A DNA stretch of 43,302 bases from Myxococcota bacterium (GTDB taxonomy: Bacteria; Myxococcota; JACRCW01). The stretch is from positions 1-43,302 of the forward strand of contig JBFMGU010000066.1 of NCBI GenBank assembly GCA_040752415.1, read 5' to 3'. Shown one piece after another: positions 27,148-40,007 of this stretch. The notes beneath the pieces are model-generated. The model worked only from the letters and a program-made list of their open reading frames with translations, searched no databases and was not told the origin of the DNA. Each line of letters opens with the position of its first letter. Within the stretch, counting starts at the first letter, position 1. A program made the position numbers and the translations under genes.

Positions 27148-27390
27148 TACAGCGGTTCCCGTTCGGGTTGACCGGCACAAAAGGCGGTGTTCCCCCTCCC
27201 TCTCCCCATCCCCATCCCCTCCCGGGAAGTCAGCGGGTGCGGAGTCCGTGGGTTGTCGATTTTCTCGTCGGAAAACCGGAGGGCACCCGTCGACCCGGTG
27301 CCACTGACTTCCCGGGAGGGGGAGGGGGATGGGGAGAGGGAGGGGGAACACCGCCTTTTGTGCCGGTCAACCCGAACGGGAACCGCTGTA
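27148..27390. mobile_element. MITE-like element with ~86-bp terminal inverted repeats bounded by TA
   Basis: 27148-27233 and 27304-27390 are near-perfect reverse complements (one indel, one substitution); ends read TA-CAGCGG...CCGCTG-TA; 70-bp spacer; no plausible CDS. Confidence 0.7.
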
Positions 27391-27492
27391 GGAGCGGCGG
27401 CGTCGGAACAAGGTGTTCGCCTGCCTCACCAACCTGGGGCTGATTGTGCCGACGCAGCCCACGGACGTGGCGGAGCGCGCCGCGTCGCGTGA

Positions 27493-30400
27493 TCACTGCG
27501 GACGGTCCAGCAGCCCCTCGTCCTTCATCTCGATGTCCACCGACTTGCCCTTCACGTTGAAGCGGTGGACCAGGACCTCGTCGCTACCGGCCAGCTTGTT
27601 GAGCGCGGCCACGCTGCCGTGGAAGTCCAGCCCCACGTTCTTGCCCAGGTCGGCAAAAGCGCGGTTCCACTCCGCGGGATCGCTGCTCCCCGCCATCCGC
27701 TGCGTGGCGTTGGCGAAGTGGCGCGCGTTCTCGTAGTGGTCCTCGTCCTGCCAGATGTTCCGACGGAAGGCGTGCCAGTACTCGTACTGCAGCTGGTCCA
27801 TGCGGTTGCGGCTGTCCTCGTCGCCGGGCATGCCGTTCCGCTTCTCCTCGAGGTAGCTGTCCAGGATCCGCCGCGCCTTGTCGGCCGTCTCCGGCGCGGC
27901 CCACGCGGGCGTCTTCCCCTTGTTGTCCTTGGCCGCGTACTCCCCGTAGGCGCGGAGCGCCGCTTCCCGGTCGTGCCCGCGCACGTTGGCCAGGCCCTTC
28001 TCCGTCAGGAAGATCTCCATCTCCGTGGTGGTCTTGCCGTGACGTGACGCGTTGCCCAGCAGGCGCGAGAGGTTGCGGGAGCCGTCCTTCTCCACCTTGG
28101 GCAGGTGCGCCGGGATGGCCTGCAGCGCCTCACCCAGACGCAGCAGCTCCTTCACCTGGCTCTTGCTGGTGAGCTTGTCGGTGTTGGCGTAGCTCACGCG
28201 GTAGAAGCCCTTGCCCTCCGGGTCCTCCGTCGTGCGCACGCGCACCGCTTCCATGGTGAGGTTCTGCTTGCTGAACAGGCCCTGGCGGGTGCGCTCGTAG
28301 AGGCTCGCGTCGGTGCGTTCCATGCCGGCACCGGTGCGCTCGATGGTGGTGCTGTCGCGGCGCAGGGCGTCGGAGAGGAAGAGCTTGCTGCCGCCCACCG
28401 CCAGGTGCACGTGGTTGCGCTTCTCCGTGGCCTGCGTTTCCGACGTGGAATTGAACGCCACACCCTTGTCCTGCGCGCCCACGCTGCCTGCCACGGTGGC
28501 CGCCGGCGTGGGATCACCGCGCATCAGGGACTCGTACGCCTTGCGTCCCTCGGGCGTGGCCAGGTCGATGGTGAAGCTGTGACGGTTCTCCACGCTGCGC
28601 GTCGAGCGACGGCCGGCCTGGAACTCCGCGGACAGGTGCTTCTCCAGCTTGGTGTCCGCCTTGCCGGCAACCTTGGCCAGCGCGGAGCCGTCCTTCGCCC
28701 CAATGAGACGCGCGGTTTCCACGTCGACACCCAGGCGCGCGGTGAAGTCCGTTGCGTTGCTGTCCTCCTTGCGCTGGATGAGCTCCACCTCCACGCGCGT
28801 GCCGTCCAGCCGCTTGCTGTGCACCTCCAGCTCGCGCGCGTGCTCGCGTTCATGCGCCAGGCTCACCGAGGCGCCCACCCGCACTCCCGTGGTGGCCACC
28901 TCCGCGCCCTTGGCAATTCCCACCGTGCCACCGACGGTGCCGCGCCCCCGCAGCGAGAACTCCGCGCCGCGCGGCATGGCCAGCGCCGCATCCGCGCTGA
29001 GCGCCGGGCCCCGGGGACCCGTGAGCGCGCCGTTCACCTGCGGGCGCATCTCCCGGTACTCCAGCAGTCCCGACGCGTTGAACCCGAGCTTGGCGGCCAC
29101 CGGTCCCGCCGTCACCGTGTGCTCCAGGCCCACGCCCGGCTCAATGGCGCCGCCCTGCTCCACCCAGCGCACCTCCTTGCCGCGCGCCTTCTCCGCGTCG
29201 GTGAACGCCTTGCGCTCGGGGTCCAGGGACACACGCATGTCGCCGGGATCCACGTTCTCCCGACGGAGCTCCAGCTTCGCTTTGGCCCACTCCACCGGCG
29301 TGGTGGAGAGCGTGAGCTGGTCCGACTTGTTCCACGTCCTCTCGGTGCTCCACTCGCCTTCCCGTCGGGCAATCTCGCGCGCGGGGCCCACGTTGCCCTT
29401 CATCATGGCGTCGTAGGCCTTGCGGTGCGTCTCCTGGCTGAGGTCCAGCGTGAAGTTGCCGGTGGTCTCGCGCGTGACGGTGGTCTGACCCTGGTAGCCC
29501 AGCTCCACGCCGGTACGACCCACGTTCACCGTGCGCTCCGCACCGCGGTCCAGGCGCGTCGTCGCGGTCACGTCGGCACGCACCTGCACCTTGCTTTCCG
29601 ACATGCGCTCCACCTGGATGGCGAGCTGTCCGGAGCGCGTGGCGCCGGCCTCCAGCCCGTCGTGACCGAGCTTGACGCCCAGGGAGCCCGCACCACGCAG
29701 CGTGAAGGTGCTGCCCACGGGCAGGGTGCGTGCGTCCTCCGCGCTTAGCGGCGTCTTCACCCGCGCATCGCCCGTCCCGTCGGGGAGCGAGAGCGAGAAG
29801 GAGCGGCTGGCCGAGGGCGTGAGGCCCAGCGTGGTCTTCTCGTCAATGCGCGTCTGCAGGTCCACGTTGGCCGCAATCTCGCCACTGCGCGTGCGCGCGC
29901 CGGTGACGTGGTCCGCGGTGGTCCGGCCGGATGCGCTGACATTCGCGGTGAGCTGCGTGGACTCCGAGGTGGCCACCGTGGTGCGTGCGTTGGCGCCCAC
30001 CTCGCGCGTGACCCGGTTGCGCTCGACGGTGCGCTCCACGCCGCTGTCCGTCCGGCTCGCCGCGCCGCGCGCCGCGCTGCCATCAAACGTCACCAGCCGG
30101 TCATACGCCTTGCGTCCCTCCGGCTTGCTGAGGTCCAGCAGGAACCGCTCCGTGGTCTCCCGCGACGTCGCCGCCCGCGCGCCCACTTCACCGCTGACGC
30201 CGCGGCCGTTGTCGCCCTGCACGTTGCCGTTGGCACCGCGCTCCGCGCCCCGCTCGACGGTGACCATGACCTTGTCCCCGCCCATGAAGCGCATGCTGGT
30301 CTGCTGCGTGTTGCTGGCGGTGGCCGTGGCCGAGCCGCGCTCCGACGTCACCGTGGCTTCCCCGGCGAGCTTCCCGTTGAGCGTGAAGGTGGAGCCCGGC

Positions 30401-31200
30401 TCCATGGCGCGCGCCTTCTCGGCGGTGAGCGGCAGGCCCACGGAGTTGTGGTGCGCCAGCGTCTTGGCCACGCCGGCCACGTCCTTCTTGCCCGCGTCGA
30501 CGAGATAGGGACGGGTGAGGCTGTAGCCGACGCTGCCCTCCAGCTTCTGCTTGCCCAGCTCCCCGACGGCGGTGCCCTCCTTCACGGCCAGTCCGCCGGT
30601 GGTCTCCAGCCACAACGTGTCCTTCCCCTGCTGCTTGGCGCGCTCGGTGAACGCCATGCGCTGCGGGTTCTCATCCGCCTCCGCCACGCGGTTTCCGACG
30701 GCGATGCGGGCCTCTCCCACCTCGCCCAGTGCCACCTTCTTCTCGGTGGCGTGCGTGCCGGTGAGGGCCTTCCACGCGGGGTCGCGCAGCACCTTGGGCA
30801 GCGGGAACGCGGACTCCCGCGCGGTGGCCTCCTGCGCGCTCAGCGTGGCCGCGCTCACCACCGGCGCCGACGACACCGGGACCTCGGCGGGCACCGGCGC
30901 GGGCCGTGTGGCGACGGGGGGCGTTGCGGTGTCAAAGCCGTCCCGGGTGGCCGTGTCGGTCTTGCGGGTGGGCGCCACGTTGGTGGCGGAAGGGATGTTG
31001 ATCCGCTGCCCGGCAAAGATGCGGTTGGCGTCCTTGATGCGCGGGTTGGCGGCCAGGATGCCATCCAACGTCGTGAACCCGAACGCGCGCGCGATGCTCC
31101 ACAGCGTGTCGCCCTGCTTGACCAGGTAGGTGTTGCCCGCATCCTGCTGGGCCACCGCGCCCGCGCGCTGCGTGGAAATGGATGAGCTCTTGACCGACAT
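27493..31200 (-). CDS. Large LysM-domain protein with three internal beta-rich repeats (1235 aa)
   Basis: LysM YLVKQGDTLWSIA..NPRIKDANRIFAGQRINIP; repeated PL(T/S)A..A.....G..F.L.G and DL....RKAY motifs; ATG 31200 preceded by GAGG. Confidence 0.85.
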   Translation of the reverse strand: MSVKSSSISTQRAGAVAQQDAGNTYLVKQGDTLWSIARAFGFTTLDGILAANPRIKDANRIFAGQRINIPSATNVAPTRKTDTATRDGFDTATPPVATRPAPVPAEVPVSSAPVVSAATLSAQEATARESAFPLPKVLRDPAWKALTGTHATEKKVALGEVGEARIAVGNRVAEADENPQRMAFTERAKQQGKDTLWLETTGGLAVKEGTAVGELGKQKLEGSVGYSLTRPYLVDAGKKDVAGVAKTLAHHNSVGLPLTAEKARAMEPGSTFTLNGKLAGEATVTSERGSATATASNTQQTSMRFMGGDKVMVTVERGAERGANGNVQGDNGRGVSGEVGARAATSRETTERFLLDLSKPEGRKAYDRLVTFDGSAARGAASRTDSGVERTVERNRVTREVGANARTTVATSESTQLTANVSASGRTTADHVTGARTRSGEIAANVDLQTRIDEKTTLGLTPSASRSFSLSLPDGTGDARVKTPLSAEDARTLPVGSTFTLRGAGSLGVKLGHDGLEAGATRSGQLAIQVERMSESKVQVRADVTATTRLDRGAERTVNVGRTGVELGYQGQTTVTRETTGNFTLDLSQETHRKAYDAMMKGNVGPAREIARREGEWSTERTWNKSDQLTLSTTPVEWAKAKLELRRENVDPGDMRVSLDPERKAFTDAEKARGKEVRWVEQGGAIEPGVGLEHTVTAGPVAAKLGFNASGLLEYREMRPQVNGALTGPRGPALSADAALAMPRGAEFSLRGRGTVGGTVGIAKGAEVATTGVRVGASVSLAHEREHARELEVHSKRLDGTRVEVELIQRKEDSNATDFTARLGVDVETARLIGAKDGSALAKVAGKADTKLEKHLSAEFQAGRRSTRSVENRHSFTIDLATPEGRKAYESLMRGDPTPAATVAGSVGAQDKGVAFNSTSETQATEKRNHVHLAVGGSKLFLSDALRRDSTTIERTGAGMERTDASLYERTRQGLFSKQNLTMEAVRVRTTEDPEGKGFYRVSYANTDKLTSKSQVKELLRLGEALQAIPAHLPKVEKDGSRNLSRLLGNASRHGKTTTEMEIFLTEKGLANVRGHDREAALRAYGEYAAKDNKGKTPAWAAPETADKARRILDSYLEEKRNGMPGDEDSRNRMDQLQYEYWHAFRRNIWQDEDHYENARHFANATQRMAGSSDPAEWNRAFADLGKNVGLDFHGSVAALNKLAGSDEVLVHRFNVKGKSVDIEMKDEGLLDRPQ

Positions 31201-31600
31201 CCCGACGACCTCGCGAAACGCCCCCGGAAATCCGCAGCGTCGCCGAGCAGGACCGGATACGCAAGCTTGTGTTCGGGGTGGGAGCTGCGCGCCGGGAGCG
31301 TGTTTCCGCGGCGTGATCGCTGGACGCGCACATTCTTCTGCGGGGTCGCCTGAATGCCGGCCCACATGAAGGTCGCCCGCGTCGACACTTCGCGTGCTGT
31401 TCGGGTTCGCTCCGGTGTGACGATGATGCCTGGAAGTGCATAGGACGTTGTTCGCCGGTCCATGTCGTCGTCCCATGCAACGGCCCAGGTTCCCGGCCCC
31501 GCTTGAATCACGCTGGTGCTGATCGATAGACCGACTCGAAGAGCAGGAAGGGAAGGCTGCGTTCAGCAGTCCCGTCCGCCCACGTCACTCGAGAGCAGCC

Positions 31601-33151
31601 ATGAGAAAAAGACCGCTTACCCTGGCGCTGACGGCCGCCTTGGGCCTGTTTGCGTTGACGCAGTGTGGCACCGAATCCCCCGAACAAGTGACGCCCACCG
31701 ACCAGGCAACCTCGACGGACCCGGGCGGTTCCAACGTCACCCTGGAAATGCACCGGGGCGGAGTATGCGCGGACTTCGGTGCGCGGGCCCGCTTCCGCTT
31801 TGGCCCCGAGGACGAGGATGACCGCTTCGTGATCCTGGGCGCCGCTCCCTACTGGGGTGACGGCGGCGACGTGGATCCCACCGAGGACGGGCTGACCATC
31901 CAGATCGAGAGCGCCATCTGGACCATTCCGGCGTGGGCCTTCTTCTGGGTCGACAACTGGCTGGTGGCGCGCGTGGACGTGAAGGGTGAGCTGCTGGACG
32001 TGGTCATCCGGTACGACGACCCCGGTCTGCGCTTCCGCATCCGTGGCCTTGACGCCGATCTCGACGGCATCAAGAACCCCGTCTTCCTGCGCGTCACCAT
32101 CGGGGACCGGGATTGGTGCACCAGCATCCGGGGCCGCTTCGTCGACCTGGGTGACCGGGATTGGGACGACTTCGACTGGGATCTGGGCCTCGACAGCTGG
32201 GTGGACTGGGACGACGACTGGCGCGACTGGGTGGATTGGAGGCGGTGGCACGACTGGGACCATGACGACGATGATAGCGACGACATAGACATCGACATCG
32301 ATATCATCGTGGACGACGATGATGATGATGACGACGACGATGACGATGATGACGATGATCGCGACCACGACCGCGACCGCGACCACGACCGCGACCGCGA
32401 TAGGGACCGCGATAGGGACCGCGACCGCGACGATGACGACGACGACGACGACGACGACGGTCGGGACCGCGACCGCGATCGGGACCGCGACGACGATGAT
32501 GACGACGACGATGGTCGGGACCGCGACGACCGCGATGATGACGAAGGTCGTGGCGGCGATGATGACGACGACGGTCGCCCTGGCCGCGGCGGTGACGACG
32601 AGGATGACGGCGAGCCGCCGGGTGGTGGAGATGATGAGGACGACGGTCGCCCGGGCCGTGGCGGTGATGATGATGACGAGGGGCCGCGGGGCGGCGGCGA
32701 CGACGATGACGACGAGGGTGAACCGCAGGGCGGCGGCGACGAGGATGACGAGGGACGACGCGGCCGCGGCGGCGACGACGATGACGACGAGGGTGGACCG
32801 CAGGGCGGCGACGAGGATGACGAAGGACGACGCGGCCGTGGCGGTGATGACGATGACGACGAGGGTGGACCCCAGGGCGGCGACGAGGATGACGAGGGAC
32901 GACGCGGCCGTGGCGGCGATGACGATGACGACATTGGACCGCAGAGCGGCGACGAGGATGACGAGGGACGGCGTGGCCGCGGCGGCGATGACGATGACGA
33001 CATTGGACCGCAGGGCGGCGGCGACGAGGATGACGAGGGACGGCGTGGCCGCGGCGGCGATGACGATGAAGACGAGGGCCCACCGGACGAGCGGGGCCGC
33101 AGTGACGACAATCCCGGTCAGGGCCGTGGCGACGATGACGACGAGGAGTGA
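31601..33151 (+). CDS. Putative lipoprotein with globular N-domain and ~330-aa Asp/Arg/Gly low-complexity tail
   Basis: MRKRPLTLALTAALGLFALTQC signal; beta-rich domain in frame with Trp-Asp, poly-Asp, (DR)n and tandem-repeat segments. Confidence 0.75.
   Translation: MRKRPLTLALTAALGLFALTQCGTESPEQVTPTDQATSTDPGGSNVTLEMHRGGVCADFGARARFRFGPEDEDDRFVILGAAPYWGDGGDVDPTEDGLTIQIESAIWTIPAWAFFWVDNWLVARVDVKGELLDVVIRYDDPGLRFRIRGLDADLDGIKNPVFLRVTIGDRDWCTSIRGRFVDLGDRDWDDFDWDLGLDSWVDWDDDWRDWVDWRRWHDWDHDDDDSDDIDIDIDIIVDDDDDDDDDDDDDDDDRDHDRDRDHDRDRDRDRDRDRDRDDDDDDDDDDGRDRDRDRDRDDDDDDDDGRDRDDRDDDEGRGGDDDDDGRPGRGGDDEDDGEPPGGGDDEDDGRPGRGGDDDDEGPRGGGDDDDDEGEPQGGGDEDDEGRRGRGGDDDDDEGGPQGGDEDDEGRRGRGGDDDDDEGGPQGGDEDDEGRRGRGGDDDDDIGPQSGDEDDEGRRGRGGDDDDDIGPQGGGDEDDEGRRGRGGDDDEDEGPPDERGRSDDNPGQGRGDDDDEE
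32693..33052 (+). repeat. Intragenic tandem repeat, 5 copies of ~72 bp (GGDDDDDEGGPQGGDEDDEGRRGR)
   Basis: Five consecutive 23-25-aa units in the translation; degenerate copies on both sides. Confidence 0.9.
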
Positions 33152-33182
33152 TTATGCGAGTGCGTGACGCCGCCGGGCCGGC

Positions 33183-37451
<4,269 letters not shown>

Positions 37452-37646
37452 CGGGAACCCTCCGGCCCCGCGCCCGCGCGGATGCACCTTGCCCCCGCGT
37501 CACGGACTGGGGAGGCGTCAGATCCCTGGTCGACACATTGCGGGCCAAAGTTGAGGGCCGTGCGTGCGCCTCCGCCCCACCGCGCGCTTTCCTCGTCGTC
37601 AGAACCGGATTTCCAGGGGTCACACCCCGGACCACATGCCGGCGGA

Positions 37647-40004
37647 TCAGCCCGCGCGCTCCCGCACCACGCGCGGCGCTCCACCCACCTCCACCACGAC
37701 CCGGAACCCGCCAAAGCGCGGGAAGAACGACGCGGGCGGGATCTCCCGACGGGCGCCCGGCGCGGGACGCAGCGTCACCTGGCGGGAGGCCGGCGCATAC
37801 TCCGCGTGGAAGGTGACGTCGCCAACCTGCACGGTGCGCGGGAAGTGCCGGTCCAGCTGGGTGCGCACCTCGTCGGGGACGTCCGGCGGTTGCAGGTCAC
37901 CCGCACTGAGCAGCTGCAGGTCGTCACCGCTCTCCACGCCCAGCGCCTCCACGCGCCGCGCCGTCCATTCCTCCAACGCGGGCACGTCGTCGGGAGGGAG
38001 CGCGTTGCTGTAGAGCTCCAGCGTGATCCCCGCCTGGTGCAGGCGCGACCACAACGCCGTGGCCTCCAAACGCTCCCGCGCAACCTTCACCGCGCCGGGA
38101 AAGATGGAGCCACGCAGGAACAACGTCGTCACCGCCTCACGCGCCACCGCGCCCCGGGGGACGTCCTCACGCGTGGCCAGCGTGCGCTTGGCGTACACCC
38201 GCTCGATCTGCGCCACCACGCGGCCCGCCTCCACCGCGACACCCGCGAGCTTCTCCGTCCCCAGCCCCGCCTCCACCAGCCACTGCAGCGGCACCGGCAT
38301 GGCGCACGTCACCAGCACGTTGTTCTCTCCGTGCCCCTGGCTCACCGCGCGACTGTCCATGACCACGACGGCGTCGACCTCCCGCACCCGCTGCACCGCG
38401 CTCTGGCGACTGAGCTCCACCTCCGCCCCGCCGTGACTCCACGCGGTGTGCCCGCCCCGCCTCCGGGGCACGTGCGCGCTGCGCGGGTCCGCGAGCATGG
38501 CGGCCTGCGCCAGTCGGTAGCGCGCCACTTCCACGTCGTCACGGGGACGCTCCGGCAGGCCCTGGGCGCGGCGCAGGCGGTCGGACATCCGGCGTGCCTC
38601 GTCGAGAACGTGCGGGTGCAGGCCGTGGGTTGCCGGCTCACCCAGGCGCACGGCGCGGATGAGCGCAGTGGCGTCGCACCCGGCCTCGCGCAGGTCCTCG
38701 GGCGGCTCACCGGGAAGGAAGAGCGGGCGGTCCACGGAGAGGGCCGCGGCCAGGTCCACCGCGTCGGGGAGACACCCGCGTGCACGTGCTTCCACCAGGA
38801 GGCGACCCAGCCACGGGTCCAACGGGAGACCGAACAGCTCGCGCCCACACGCGGTGATCGCGGAGCGCGCGTCAATCGCCCCCAGATCGACGAGGTCGGC
38901 GCGTGCGGCGTGGAGCGCGTCGTCACGCGGGCGGTCCAGCAGCGGCAGCGAATCCAGCGGCTCACCCCACGCGGCGGCACCCAGCAGCATGGGCACCAGC
39001 GACTCGCGGAAGATCTCCGGCGGCGTGATAGGCGCCAGCTTCGCCGCGGGGCTCCACAGCCGGTACACCACGCCGGGTCCCGTGCGACCCGCTCGCCCCG
39101 CGCGCTGGTCGGCGCTGTCCAGGGCAATGGGCACCAGCGCCAGGTGGCCTCGTCCCCGGTGGTAGCGCGTCTGGCGCACCAGCCCACTGTCAATCACCAC
39201 GCCAATGCCCGGCAGCGTCACCGATGTCTCCGCCACGTTGGTGGCCAACACCACCTTGCGTCGTGACGACGGAGCGAACACCCGCCGCTGCTGCTCCAGC
39301 GTGAGCTCGCCGTGGAGCGGCAGGATGTCCACGTCGGGCTGGCGCTCCAGGGCGCGTGCGCACTCGGCAATCTCCGCCTTGCCGGGGAGGAAGACCAGGA
39401 TGTCGCCGGGGTCCTTGCGCGCCGTCTCCAGCGCCGCGTTGACCCGCGCGGTGAGCCCGTCCTCGTCGGGGAGCACGGTCTTGCCGGGGAGGTGGCGCAC
39501 CGTGACCGGGAAGGTCCGACCCTCCGCGCGCAGCACCGTCCCGCCCAGGTGCCGGGCCACGCGCTCATCCTGCAACGTGGCCGACATGACGACGAGACGC
39601 CCGCGGAAATGCCGCAGCATCAGCGCCAGCAGCAGGTCCAGCTCCAGGCTGCGCTCGTGGAACTCGTCCAGGATCACCGTCTGGAAGCGGGAGAGCTCGG
39701 CCTGCGCGCGCAGCACCACGCCGGGAGTGCAGAACAGGATGCGCGTCTCGTCGGAGAGCCGGGACTCGTCGCGCACGCGGTAGCCCACGGTGCGGCCCAG
39801 CGGGGTGCCCTCCAGCTCGGAGACGCGCTGCGCCAACGTGCGACACGCCACGCGCCGCGGCTCCACCACCAGCACGCGACCCGCGCACCAACGCGGAACC
39901 TCGGTGGACTTGCCGCTGCCCGTGGGTGAGCTGACGACGAGACGCCCCACCGGGTCGGTGCGGTCGAACTCCGCGCGCAGCGCGTGGATGGGCAGTGGCT
40001 CCAC
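37647..40004 (-). CDS. hrpB: HrpB-like DEAH-box ATP-dependent RNA helicase
   Basis: SPTGSGKST, EPRRVA, DEFHER, MSAT, FLPG, ATNVAETSVT, QRAGRAGR. Confidence 0.85.
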   Translation of the reverse strand: MEPLPIHALRAEFDRTDPVGRLVVSSPTGSGKSTEVPRWCAGRVLVVEPRRVACRTLAQRVSELEGTPLGRTVGYRVRDESRLSDETRILFCTPGVVLRAQAELSRFQTVILDEFHERSLELDLLLALMLRHFRGRLVVMSATLQDERVARHLGGTVLRAEGRTFPVTVRHLPGKTVLPDEDGLTARVNAALETARKDPGDILVFLPGKAEIAECARALERQPDVDILPLHGELTLEQQRRVFAPSSRRKVVLATNVAETSVTLPGIGVVIDSGLVRQTRYHRGRGHLALVPIALDSADQRAGRAGRTGPGVVYRLWSPAAKLAPITPPEIFRESLVPMLLGAAAWGEPLDSLPLLDRPRDDALHAARADLVDLGAIDARSAITACGRELFGLPLDPWLGRLLVEARARGCLPDAVDLAAALSVDRPLFLPGEPPEDLREAGCDATALIRAVRLGEPATHGLHPHVLDEARRMSDRLRRAQGLPERPRDDVEVARYRLAQAAMLADPRSAHVPRRRGGHTAWSHGGAEVELSRQSAVQRVREVDAVVVMDSRAVSQGHGENNVLVTCAMPVPLQWLVEAGLGTEKLAGVAVEAGRVVAQIERVYAKRTLATREDVPRGAVAREAVTTLFLRGSIFPGAVKVARERLEATALWSRLHQAGITLELYSNALPPDDVPALEEWTARRVEALGVESGDDLQLLSAGDLQPPDVPDEVRTQLDRHFPRTVQVGDVTFHAEYAPASRQVTLRPAPGARREIPPASFFPRFGGFRVVVEVGGAPRVVRERAG

Positions 40005-40007
40005 GGA

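Noticed and set aside
26719..27492. CRISPR array or small CDSs (ORFs 27046-27351, 27120-27443, 27187-27492)
   Set aside because: The repeats are inverted, not direct repeats with spacers; no cas genes; the ORFs mirror each other because of the IR.
31261..31275. Sigma-54 promoter for the LysM gene (CGAACACAAGCTTGC on the minus strand)
   Set aside because: The invariant -24 GG is GA; too weak to call.
31849..33111. Antisense Ser/Pro/Arg-rich ORF
   Set aside because: Shadow of the Asp-rich plus-strand gene, which has the signal peptide and globular domain.
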